The translations under genes were made by a program, and so were the position numbers. 64,000 bases of DNA, taken from NCBI RefSeq assembly GCF_001194135.2, contig NC_068987.1:1151518-1215517 (forward strand), given 5' to 3'. The notes below the pieces were generated by a model. That model was not told the origin of the DNA, searched no databases, and worked only from the letters and a program-made list of their open reading frames with translations. Shown here one piece after another: positions 25,616 through 37,502 of this stretch (the first letter of the stretch is position 1; the number at the start of each line of letters is the position of its first letter). The DNA comes from Octopus bimaculoides (lineage: Eukaryota).

Positions 25616-26746
25616 AACGTCGCTGTAGAGTAGAATTCCTGTTGTTTTGTCACACCCTACAGGAATTTTCTAATTACTGCTGGAGCTTCGATCTTACTCA
25701 CAGTTCCATCAATCATACCTATGTGGATAATGAACTGATCACTTTATTAGTGCCTTCTCTCGGATTTGAACCCGCTACGCAGAACATTGGGAAAATGTCT
25801 TCCGCCGCTGCATCAGGCAGATCAATGTCTTTGGCTGATAGAGTGTGAATATTAGTACGTGGTATGGATATCAAGCTATACGTAACTACGTTTGTACAGG
25901 TACCTTCCACTCTTTATAATCCGAGTTAATTTAAAACTGGTGATATTGTTCATTTGTTATAGGTGCCGTCTTGAATACAGTGGATCGGTGATATGTCTTG
26001 GGGGGAAATCTGTAATCAACGACCATATTGTCCCCCAAATTGCGAAATAAAAATATATCAAAACATAAACATATTAAATACTCTCTCGTATATAATTTTC
26101 TTTCGGGGCTATGAAATGAATATTGAGAATGAAGAACGTAAAGTAAACACAGAGAATGAGAGGTGACAACCAATATATATATGAAGTAATACACTGGTAA
26201 AATGTTGAGTTGATTGTAAGTAGAAAGTGGTTGCTCTCCTCGAGCACTGCGTGTCACTATTAAACAGTTAAAGACAAACGGAATTTCTGGAGTCTTAACA
26301 AATCCACAAAGAAAAATCTTGTTTACCAGCATTTTTTGAATCAATAACAATACAGCATTGATTGTTAGTGGAATTTGAAAAATATAGAGAAAAATAAGAA
26401 CAAACAAACAATGACAACAACAACAGGAGGAGGAAGAGGAGAGGGGGAAGAAGGTGAATTAGAAAAAGAGAAGGAAGGACAATAAATAAAAAATAACAGG
26501 ATGAGAGAATCAGTAGAAGAAGATAGATTTAAAGAAAACAAACAAAGCGAGAATAGAAAAAAAAAACAAGAAGAAAATCGAAAGAAAATTTAGTTTAAAA
26601 TAATCATGAAAGATATAAAAATAAAAAGACAACGGGAAAGAAATACAAAAAATTTATTTTAGATCTGAAATTGATATTAAATTCTTAACAAGACATACTT
26701 GAATTTTTTATACTGTCTACTAGAAATTATTTCTACTGTGACCTAC

Positions 26747-26780
<34 letters not shown>

Positions 26781-27391
26781 ATATGTATGTATATGGATGT
26801 NNNNNNNNNNNNNNNNNNNNNNNNNNNNNNNNNNNNNNNNNNNNNNNNNNNNNNNNNNNNNNNNNNNNNNNNNNNNNNNNNNNNNNNNNNNNNNNNNNNN
26901 NNNNNNNNNNNNNNNNNNNNNNNNNNNNNNNNNNNNNNNNNNNNNNNNNNNNNNNNNNNNNNNNNNNNNNNNNNNNNNNNNNNNNNNNNNNNNNNNNNNN
27001 NNNNNNNNNNNNNNNNNNNNNNNNNNNNNNNNNNNATATATATGTATATACATATATGGGTATATGTATGTATATGTAAGTATACACGTATGACTGCAAC
27101 TGATAGCAAAGAACACATTCTCAGTCGTGAAATAAAATAGTTGCTATGTAAAACGTTTCGAGTGGTTACAGCTGCAATAGTTTTGGTGAGGTACAAGTAT
27201 GTTTAGCCGAGATGTGTGTGTGTGTGTGTGTGTGTGTGCTATAGTGTAGGTCAAATAGACCCTGATATTCTCTACTATTATGTGTTGTTTAGCATCGGTC
27301 CGGAGAGAAGAAGTTCTGTCGAAAGGTGCTGAAATCGCTGCAATCTCAGGTCAAACAGCTGATGACAGAAGTGTCACAGAGTGTAGTTTCA

Positions 27392-27422
<31 letters not shown>

Positions 27423-27744
27423 GACACACGCGCATACACAGACACATGCACACACACACATTCACGAATGCACACACAGAGACACACACACATGCACACA
27501 TGCATACAGATATATAAATGCAACTGAAGCCATGATGCCACAGCACTGCCACTCTACTGAAAGCTCGCATGGAGGCAGAATCACGTTTCACAAACGTTCG
27601 CTCATCTCCTCACCTACAAAATAGATTCAAACTGTAAATAATAACAATAACTTAAACTTACTTTACTCTGTTTAATATTATGCCCCCATATTAGAATGTA
27701 TTTCTGTAGCCATTACACGGTGACCTTTTATAAACTTTAAGTTT

Positions 27745-27880
<136 letters not shown>

Positions 27881-28369
27881 TTTACATAATTGTCAATCGT
27901 CACCGTTTCTCCATTTAACGCAGAATATACAAACTGTCTTTTATTGAACGGCAAATTAATTCCAGTGAATTCTTGTTACCTTGGTGTTATCTTCCTCTCT
28001 TATTGTATCATTGGGAGATGGTTGTAAATTTCACTAGGTGTTTGTTTCCTTTCTCCCGAAATAAAGCTAATTTCAATAAATCAAGAATGTATTCACTCTG
28101 GTTTTGTGTGTATGTGTGTATGAATATGTGTGCGTGTGTACATGCGGGAGAGCGTGTGTATACAGGGAAACGTTTGAGAGTGGCTATCATATGTTCAGCT
28201 TGCATGCTATCATCAGAGAGTTTTCTGACTATCAGCGTTTCGAAACTTCGAAGTCAATGTCAAATATTTCTTTGTAAAATTAATAAATGTGTAATCTCAT
28301 AAAAAGTATTGAGTAATCCTTCAATTCTGTATGAAACATCTATATATAACTTCACATTAAAGCAATAAA

Positions 28370-29170
28370 TATCTTGTTGTCTTTTGGGAGCGTCATTATG
28401 CCAATGATAATTAACTCACGCACTGGTTCAATGTCACTTCTTTTTTGTTACTCAATTGGTAAAATATCTTGTTGTCTGTTGGGAGGGTCATTTCGCCTAT
28501 AATAATAAACACACTCTCTGGTTCAATATTGCTTCTTTATTGTCAGTCAATTGGTAAAATATCTGACCAACTAACTAAGCGATCTTTTATTTAATTTGTT
28601 GTTTAAACAATCAATCGGTTATTGGTTTACCAAAGCCCTTTCGCAGCTATTCTTAACCTCATCAATAACATGCCCTCTCACATCAAGGTCTGTCTCAGAA
28701 TTAGTCATATGTCTGTGTGTATGTAGATGTGTGGTGGCTTTCTAGAGATGGGAAGGGTAAGAATAAACGAAGAGCATGTACATGTGTGCGTTTGTGCGTG
28801 TACATGGGCGCACGTGCGTTCTTGGTCTTGAGTGACATGTCGTCTCTCTACAATCTCTGCCTTGAGTCTACCTTGATCTTGTCAATAATGAGGTCGTCAA
28901 TAGCGACGAAAGGATTTCCCCCAAAACAACCGAATGAGTGTTTAACCAGCGCATAAAATAAACAATCGTTTTGTTCTTTGGTGTGATACTTAAGAAATTG
29001 ACTAGCCATAAAGAAGTGATATCGAAACAGTATGTGTGTTATTATTGTTGGCGGAATGACCCTCCCAACACATCTAAAAGTTTGTTTCAATTCACGGATG
29101 TTGCAAACCAAATACAAAAGCGAAACAAGATCAACATAATACACATTCAACACTCGTTGTTATTGTCCGG
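28370..29170. mobile_element. Decayed element with a ~96-bp tandem duplication and long imperfect inverted repeats (Penelope-like pLTR arrangement?)
   Basis: aaatatcttgttgtc.ttgggag.gtcatt...ctggttcaat...caattggtaaaatatct occurs twice (28370-28560). 28605-28670 is inverted relative to 28880-28945. 29040-29075 is inverted relative to the tandem unit. Confidence 0.5.
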
Positions 29171-29193
29171 TAAACTGAAAACAAATAAAGTGA

Positions 29194-29232
<39 letters not shown>

Positions 29233-29234
<2 letters not shown>

Positions 29235-29596
29235 AGGTGATTCAAAAGTCGGCATACATAGGAACATTTTTATAAGAAACAGTTTATAAGAATAGATTGT
29301 TTTTCATTTAACAGGCTCTGTATGGTTACCATTGTTTTGAATACACATTGCAATACGTTTACCCAACTCATTGTGGACTCGTAACAGCACATCTGGTGAT
29401 ACGTGTGCAAATGAGTTGGTGATGCGTTCCTTCAAATGATTTCTGTCTTTTATCTTTCCGCGGTAAACCATGCCTTTCAAATGCCCCCAAAGATAGAAAT
29501 CAAGAGGGGTCAGATCAGGAGATCTAGGGGATCTAATAAAATGTTTCTTATAAAAAATAAACGTTCCTTATGTATGGAGACTTTTGAATCAGCCTG
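29233..29596 (-). mobile_element. Internally deleted Tc1/mariner element, both TIRs, TA TSD
   Basis: TA|caaggtgattcaaaagtc ... gacttttgaatcagcctg|TA. The minus strand encodes PRSPDLTPLDFYLWGHLKGMVYRGKIKDRNHLKERITNSFAHVSPDVLLRVHNELGKRIAMCIQNNGNHTEPVK*. Confidence 0.92.
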
Positions 29597-29705
29597 TAAG
29601 TATACATATATATATATATANNNNNNNNNNNNNNNNNNNNNNNNNNNNNNNNNNNNNNNNNNNNNNNNNNNNNNNNGTTAGGAAATTATGAAAACGATAA
29701 AAACA

Positions 29706-29885
29706 TTTATCGTATAATCCTTTCTACTGAAGGCACAAAACATGAAATTTTGGGGAAGAGGACGAGTTGATTACATCGACCCCAGTGTTTGACTGGTACT
29801 TATTTTATTGACCCGAAAAGGATGAAAGGCAAAGTTGACCTCGGCAGAATTTGAACTCAGAACGTAACGGCAGACGAAATACTGT
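29706..29885 (-). mobile_element. Family B tRNA-derived SINE
   Basis: Reverse complement: tatttcgtctgccgttacgttctgagttcaaattctgccgaggtcaactttgcctttcatcc... Confidence 0.85.
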
Positions 29886-29921
29886 TAAATAGGTAGACAG
29901 ACAGTTTTTTTCATACTGCAC

Positions 29922-30986
29922 TGTAACGTCAGGATGAATCCATTGTCAAAATGGGGGAGGCTAGGTGTTAATAGCCAAACTGTGAAACTCTAACAAATTG
30001 GTTAGACCTTAGCAAACCTTTATAAGCAGAGAGAATTGTACACCCCGGCTTTTTCTATTAGACAAAGTTGTTCAATTGAAATCGGGAAGCTATAATTTCT
30101 TGTTTAGTTTATGCACATGTGTGCTTTGTGTTAAGCATTTTGGATTTATTTTACGCTACAGGAATTTACCAGAAGTTTTGTTGGATTTAAAATAATTTCT
30201 GTGTCACATCTGGGTGAGTACAAAAAAAATCTTTTAAGTTATGTTATGATATTTATGTGAATTTTGCGCCCTGCATTTGTGGTAGGTTGTGTAGTAATTT
30301 TGCTAGCTATTTTCTGTTAAATGTTAAACTTTTCTTAACAGCTAAAGGATGTATTAATTTAATTTTTTCATGTAGCCAATTTTTTGTGAGACAATTAACT
30401 GTAAATTTTGACTAATGGTTACTCAACATACTTGTATGAAGCAGTTTTAGCAAACTAGCTTTTTGTTTGACTATTTAATTCTTTTTACTATAATTATTGA
30501 TGCAGCCATTTTGTGTCATGAACGTTAAGTTTAAATGGTTGCTTTGACATTAGATTTGTTTATGTCGAGGTCCAAGGTTCGAAATCCGAATTTATACTAA
30601 AATGGAAATTCAGATTTTATGAAATCTATTTTTTCGGAATCCATATTTTTGAAAACCAAATTTGTGAGGCCAATTTTTGTGATGCCAATTTTGATGAAAC
30701 CAAACTTCGTGAATCCAGAGTAAAGGATTCAAGTTTGTGAAATCAAATTGAAACCTGGTTTCTGAGTTTGAATTTCTGAACTATACATATATTACCTTTA
30801 TAAATATTTTGAGTGCACGTCTGGTGTGGCATTGGGTTTTTTCTCGAGTATAGATTTGTTTTTTTTATGTAGGCTGTTATTTTTTTTTCTTTTATGCTGA
30901 CAATTGTTAATAATAGTTAATAATTGTTAATAATAGTTAACAAAAAATGTCATGGTGCGTTGTTATGGGTTAACCGGGTCGTAACA
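29922..30986 (+). mobile_element. Candidate solo LTR (~1065 bp)
   Basis: Begins TGTAACGTC and ends GTCGTAACA (imperfect terminal IR, TG...CA). Its composition differs from the flanks. The 4-bp flanks gcac and gtat differ by two C>T changes, so the TSD is not proven. Confidence 0.4.
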
Positions 30987-31199
30987 GTATATATATATAT
31001 ATATATATATATATACTAGGACTTTCTGGAATCTGTTGAGGAAATCCGCTATAAATGGTCCCTGTATCTTTTTGTTTTTGTCCAGTTTCCCGTTTGTTAT
31101 GTTATCGTCTGTTTTCTCCGTATGTTTTCTCCATATATATATATGTTTGTGTGTGTTTGTGTTTGTATAGATACACACATACATTGTATGTACAAGGTA

Positions 31200-31525
31200 A
31201 AGACGATCTTAGGTAATGACTGACCATGGTATTTCACCTAGAAAGTTCCTCTCTGAGGTAAAAGTCCAGGTGAGGTTGTTTATGGAAGACCAGCAGTCGC
31301 CCGAGCATGCGAGCCTCCCCACGCTAACAGTGTTAGCCAAGGGAAAGGCAAAGTCCGATACAGCTTGGCACCAGTAACATTGCAACTCATTTCTACAGCT
31401 GAATGAAACTGGAGCAATGAGAAATAGTGTCTTGCGCAAGAACATAACACATAGCGTGGTCCAGAATTCGAACACACTACTTCATGATCGTAAACCCGAC
31501 GCTCTAACTACTGAGCCATTCACCT
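31200..31525 (-). mobile_element. tRNA-derived SINE (family C/D-type head and conserved central domain)
   Basis: Reverse complement: ggctcagtagttagagcgtcggg (A box) ... gttcgaattc (B box) ... ttcttgcgcaagacactatttctcattgctccagtttcattcagctgtagaaatgagt. Confidence 0.85.
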
Positions 31526-31570
31526 TCATTCTGTCTGTCTCTCTCTGAATGTAAATATATATATACGAGC

Positions 31571-31610
<40 letters not shown>

Positions 31611-32514
31611 ACACACACACACATATAAACACATGCACACGGAGACGTGCACACACATACAGGTAGATAGACAGCTAGATAGATTCTGTGCAAGTGTGTA
31701 TGACATATTCCATATATCTAAAACAGAAGGACAATATACGGCGAACAAAAACCAGATTATTGCATTGAAACGAGCAATGTTAAAACACAATGAATTTCCA
31801 AATCGATTTTCAACTGTTTTTGTTTTATATTCCAGTTTTCAGAAAAGACTAATTTTAATTATCGCAATGTTTATGATAAATGAGAAAATGATTTCTTTCT
31901 TTGAGACTTGCCAAATACACTCGCTTTATAACATAACTTTATTATGAGCTCTTCGAAGAATTGAAGAAATCTTCGGTTAAAAAACAACAAAAAATTGTAG
32001 AACCATTTTATGTATTTTCATATATTTATTGATATTTGTCTTACAATTTTATTGTATCATTAACGAAATATTTCGTATAATTGGTATAAAAAGTAAGATT
32101 AATTAACATACAAACTACATCCATACTCAAACACACACACACACACCACACACACACCACACACACATACACACAGATTGCATATGTATTGAGGCACACA
32201 ACAATATTTAATGATTCTGGAGAAATAACAAATTCAACAACATAACTTTATAACTAGTTCGTTATAATTTATATCATGATAAATTTATATCTGCAACAGG
32301 AAATCGGGTCTATACAGAGCGGAGTATATCTGCGATATATTCTAAAATATTGGAGAAAGCGAAATGTTAATGAAGTCAAAGATAGGCCAAATGCCGTAAA
32401 TAGGTGGAGGAGGAGATAGAGGCAAGGGGTTGAGTATCAACAATTGTTACTGCGTTCATTATCTCCGCCATGATGACATATACAAAGATCACATCGCTAG
32501 AATTTTACCATCAA

Positions 32515-32648
32515 GAAGTTCGTTTCCCAACCACATAGTTCTGAGTTCAGTCCCACTATGTGGCAACATGGGCCAGTGTTTTCTACTATAATCTCGGGCC
32601 TACCAAAGCCATGCGAAGGGATTAGGTAGACGGAAACTGAAAGATACT
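32515..32648 (+). mobile_element. Family A SINE head/core
   Basis: cccaaccacatagttctgagttcagtcccact...ggcctaccaaagcc...ggtagacggaaactgaaaga. Confidence 0.75.
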
Positions 32649-32849
32649 CTTTGTATACATATATATATAATATCTATATAATACGAGTATATAATATATA
32701 TACATACATATATAAATATGGAATAGTGGTACAACAATGTACCAATGTTTACTGGAAATATACGACGCTAACAGATGTAATTTGTAAAGTTCGAAACCTC
32801 GGTCCTAGATTATCCACATCTGAGTTGTACATTTATTTAATGTTCTTCC

Positions 32850-33418
32850 GGATCTATTTTAAAACGGGGGCCACATTTTTCATTAATGTTTTACGTAGTG
32901 TTTTTGGTACGGAAAGACGTTCAAACTTCGTATACTTATCTATTTTGTGTTATAGAACAGAAAAATATTTTTGTATTCGAATTTATTTCATGTAAAAAAT
33001 TGTCTTATTTCGATAATTTCAACCAATCACTGACAAGTATTCAGTTGTTTACATTTACTCCTTTGGCTGATTAAGCGATGTAAAGCGTATCTAATCTCCA
33101 TACCTTCGTTTTATTTGCTTTTTTTCATTTTAAATTTGCTTTAACCCTAACCCTAACCTTCGGGTTAGGGTTAGGGTTAATTGTTTCAGAATCGTTTGTT
33201 TATGTAGTCGGCACTTAATGTATATCGGCTGAATGGACGTCAGTGATTGGTTGAAATTACAGAAATACGACAACTTTAACATGGAATAACTTATGGATTT
33301 CTTTTTTTTTAAAGAAGACTAAGAGAAAAAGATGTTTTATATGACACATTCTACCAGTGTTCCAAGTTTCAAAGTGTTTCGTTAATGAAAAATGTGGCCC
33401 CGGTTTTAAAAAAGATCC
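32850..33418. mobile_element. 569-bp MITE with ~200-bp imperfect TIRs, perfect 8-bp TSD and a central telomeric hairpin
   Basis: TSD gttcttcc at 32842-32849 and 33419-33426. Termini GGATC...GATCC. Arms 32850-~33055 and ~33222-33418 are inverted (for example ggggccacatttttcattaa and ttcaaccaatcactgac). Confidence 0.85.
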
Positions 33419-34292
33419 GTTCTTCCTAACGGTAAGATGACAGCAGACCAGTAACTGAAACAAGTAAACGATGAAAGAACACATATTCGGCCGGATTTGA
33501 ACTTAACTCATTTATGGAACTTTGTAGTGTAAGTGGATCCTCCGTCGGTTTCGATGATGATTATTCCAGTTATTTGGTAGACGTAACTCAATGTATTCTT
33601 GTATAAGAGCCTGAGTATACCTCAGTCACATGTATCTCGTTATGTAGCCTTCGTGTAGCACCTCTATGACTTATTGCGTGACAACGACGGCTCTCTGAAT
33701 GAATCCATCTGGCGGGATTCGATACAGTTTCCGTGAATGACAAAGCCGTTCTATCTTATATAGAACGCATCAACTCAAACCACCACGCAGTGGGATAGAA
33801 ACATGGTCCTCATGATTGCGAAGTGGCCACGCGTCTATCTTCATATAGTAACATAAATTGTTATTATTATTGTTAGTGTTCGACATTGTCTTTCATCTTG
33901 TAGGACCGATAAAATAAGTAATTCTGTGCGCCGGAGTCAGTGATATCGACTCACCCTCACAACAAATATTTTAGGCCTTTTGCCAATAGAACAAAAAAAA
34001 AATGTTCATTGTTTAACCCTGCGACAAACCTGATGATGGACAACAATGATCAGATGCTGTAGAACCTTTGATTATAGGTTTAATCCATCAGGCTTGTCCT
34101 TTTATTTGTTTCGGGCATAGTCTATCTAGGAGACTTAAGCAATAAGTTTTACTATTTTACGTTGGAAGAGATGATTTGAAAGGAATCCGGTGGCTCGATG
34201 CATCTGGCTGCACTACGGCGCATAATCACGATATTGACTTTTAGGAAAAGAAACAAGACCAGTGTACAAGTATTTAGGTTAGCGATCCACGT

Positions 34293-34585
34293 CCATTGCT
34301 AAGGAAACTCGGCCTATTGCAAATTAAAATCAGACCTACTGATAGTTAAATATCCGCTACTGATAATTAAAGCGCTCCTATTATTAATCCCTTACCTTTT
34401 GCTAGTTAATTCCCCAACTATTTCTAATTAAATTACCACCTATTACTAATTAAATTCCTGCCTATAATAAAGTAAGCTCTCATTTGTTTATTACAGCTCC
34501 GCCTATTGCTAATTAAGTCAGATCTACATGTAATTAAGTCCTCGCCTATTGCTAATTAAATCTTCGCCTGTTCTTAATTAAATGT
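34293..34585. repeat. Degenerate ~21-22-bp minisatellite, ~13-14 units, consensus near cctattgctaattaaatcctcg
   Basis: Direct reading of the periodic cctat..ctaattaa units. Confidence 0.85.
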
Positions 34586-35009
34586 CCAAATATAACAGAA
34601 ATATAATTCATGTTTAACAGTGCCTCATCACAACTTTTTTCGGGTAAATGTAGTCGATTTAATTAGATACCGTATAGGATTGGTATCATAAATAACAATA
34701 TGTGGCAGAAACTAAATCTGTGGAATGGAAATCCAGAGCTTTCAGGTTAATTTTATCTATTTTCTAAAGGAATCGGTGTCGGCATGATTTTTATAGGTTT
34801 CCAACTAGCAAAACACCGTTTCCTTGTGCTTTAGCGTTTGCTGAGCGGATACCTGTTTCGTAAAGAAGTGAATCGCAAAATAAAATTATTTTAAAATCTG
34901 GTGCCTAATCTCCATTATGATCGAATTTGAAGACTATTGAACTAGGCTAAAATATATAGGAAAACGTTCTAGACAAGAACGAACTAATACCAAAGCCGGT
35001 AAAATCGGG

Positions 35010-35064
<55 letters not shown>

Positions 35065-35617
35065 AACATAGACTATATATATAGCGATATTATGGGTTTA
35101 ACTCCCACGTTCGTCTACCAGATCGCTAACCAACTTCCGGTTTAGTTCTGTCAATAAGAGGAGCTGTCAGTCGATGAAAACTCCTCTATATTGTGCAGAG
35201 TATCGATTCCAAGAATCTCATTGCTTCACTTCTGTATTCAATGCTATTTAGTCAGGCAGAAAGTTAACACCTGCCGTCATTTTCCTCTTCCACCTCTTAA
35301 TACAAGAGTTCTCTGTCTATTTACCGATTCCCTCTTTTATCGCCATCGCCATTTCCATTGCTTCTCGGTTTGGTTTCATACCACTGGCATTATTCTCATT
35401 ATGATTCAAATTAATGGCCTTAATATTATCATTATTATTAGTCTCATTACTCTTCTTTAATTATCATCATCATCATTTCCAATGTTATCATTCATTAGCT
35501 ACTTTCCTCTTCTTCAAAAAGCATTTTATCTTTCAATATACATACCTGTCTCCCCTGTGTGTGTCTGTCTGTCTGTATGTCTGTCTGTTTCCCCCACACT
35601 CTATCTGTATTTTCCTC

Positions 35618-35677
<60 letters not shown>

Positions 35678-36350
35678 TAAACATATGTATATACGCTTTT
35701 CACTGAGCATTGTTGTGTGTGTATGTGTTTCTTTCATAATCCATAGACACCGTTTCATTTATTGATTCGATGCTTTCGCACCAAAGATTAACAATTCCTG
35801 CGCTTGACGCAACACAACGTTGTGCAAATATTTCCTTTAAGCTATAGGCTAAACTCTATTGAACATGTCCATGCTTTCAGAAAACAGAAGAAATAGGTAA
35901 ATGTTCAGTCTATTGTTGATTGGAGCGACCAAAGAAAAACGGCAGCTCACACACGTCGCTCGTAACTTGTCTCATATTGAAAATGAGTGCAGTTTACAGC
36001 ATTCACATCATTTGTATTGTCATAATGGCTGCCTGAAACCGTTTTAATAGGATTATTATTATTATTAATATTATTATTATTATTACTAAAATATAAAATA
36101 TAAAGAGACAAAGATCCAGTAAACGGATGCAATTCCGTCACATATATAGGCATGTAAATATTGACTGATTGCTTGTACCTATGCGTATGTGTAGGGGTTT
36201 CTATGTGTGCGAGTGCTTGCGTGCGTGCTTGTGTGAGCGTGTGTGTATGTGTGGTGTAGTCTTTGAAGAATGTGTCTTATTACAGTTCATTAACGAGTGA
36301 TGGATGGACATATTCATTATTGAGCTGTGTGTAAGATATATATTATTCTA

Positions 36351-36560
36351 AGGTGGCGAGCTGGCAGAAACGTTAGCATGCTGGGCGAAATGCTCAGCGG
36401 TATTTCGTCTGTCTTTACGTTCTGAGTTCAAATTCCGCCGAGGTCGACTTTGCTTTTCATCCTTTCGGAGTCGATAAATTAAGCACCAGTTGCGTACTGA
36501 GGTCGATTTAATCGACTAGCCCGTTCATCCAAAATGTTGGCTTTTGTGCCAAAGAAAAGA
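36351..36560 (+). mobile_element. Well-preserved family B tRNA-derived SINE
   Basis: ggtggcgagctggcagaaacgttagc (A box) ... gagttcaaattccgcc (B box) ... gtcgataaattaagcaccagttgcgtactgaggtcgat. There are at least 6 relatives in the window. Confidence 0.9.
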
Positions 36561-36914
36561 ATGTATATAATATTCAGCTGGATATGTCTATTTCATGTGT
36601 GTGTATACATGTTACATTTTTATCATTAAACAAAAATATTATGGACAATGACTTCGAAGTTCCGACCAGCAAGGCCATCATCTATCATCTAGCTACATCG
36701 CAATCCAAGGTTGGCTTACCTGGGCGAAAATTCGAAATCCCTGTCAATGATATTCTCGTTTAAGATCAATATATTCATAATCTACAAAATTCATGTGAAT
36801 TGTTAGTGGATATTTACATGTAGGAATCAGATGCTAACGAAGGCTCCAAGAGCAGCTGAAATATATAGATAGATGTTCCCCAAACGATGTTCACTACAAC
36901 AACCTGTAGATATT

Positions 36915-37365
36915 TTCTATTGTGCTTTCTAAACAAGAAACGAAGCATTCAGTAATATACATATGGAAGATCTTGGGAGACCTGGCTCCCAGCTTTGAAA
37001 TTGAAAGTTATATCAAACACCGAACTGGACGGCACTGCATAATACCAAAGTTCTCACCTTCTCTTTCTCGAATAAGGACAGAATACTGTATCATCTTGAG
37101 TTTCGGGGCTCTTATATTATTCACCATCCTGCCAGTCAACGGGTGTAGATGTGGAGGTCTTCAAAGAGCATCTGGATAAATTATAATCTGAGATACCAGA
37201 CAGATCCACATTGCGGTAGGAGGCACAAAGGACTGCAGCTCCGTCTAGCTCGCCATTTCACCATAAACAGTACAGAACGGAAACCCAAAACACACTGAAA
37301 AGTAGTTCTCCAGCGTGGCCCTGGTCTTTTGGCTGAAACCCGTAAAAGAGAAAAGATAAGACACA
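36915..37365 (+). mobile_element. Decayed 3' end of a CR1/L2-like LINE with 3' UTR
   Basis: SVIYIWKILGDLAPSFEIESYIKHRTGRHCIIPK ... GVDVEVFKEHLDKL*SEIPDR resembles the CR1-type C-terminus. It ends in a tail shared with the family A SINEs. Confidence 0.7.
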
Positions 37366-37448
37366 CACCCACACATATAAATACAGGATGCATTCTATAT
37401 AAGAAGTACAAGAGTTATGTGATGTGAATATGTAGAGTACATGAAGAA

Positions 37449-37502
<54 letters not shown>

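Noticed and set aside
25931-26407. 158-aa minus-strand ORF
   Set aside because: Its composition (F/I/L/Y-rich) simply reflects an A-rich opposite strand, and there is no domain.
29990-30800. Nuclear mitochondrial insertion (T-rich strand bias)
   Set aside because: No mitochondrial gene, tRNA or rRNA motif was recognised. An LTR-like origin fits better.
33141-33180. Ancient telomere-telomere fusion scar
   Set aside because: The orientation is CCCTAA then TTAGGG, opposite to a fusion, and it lies inside a TSD-bounded MITE.
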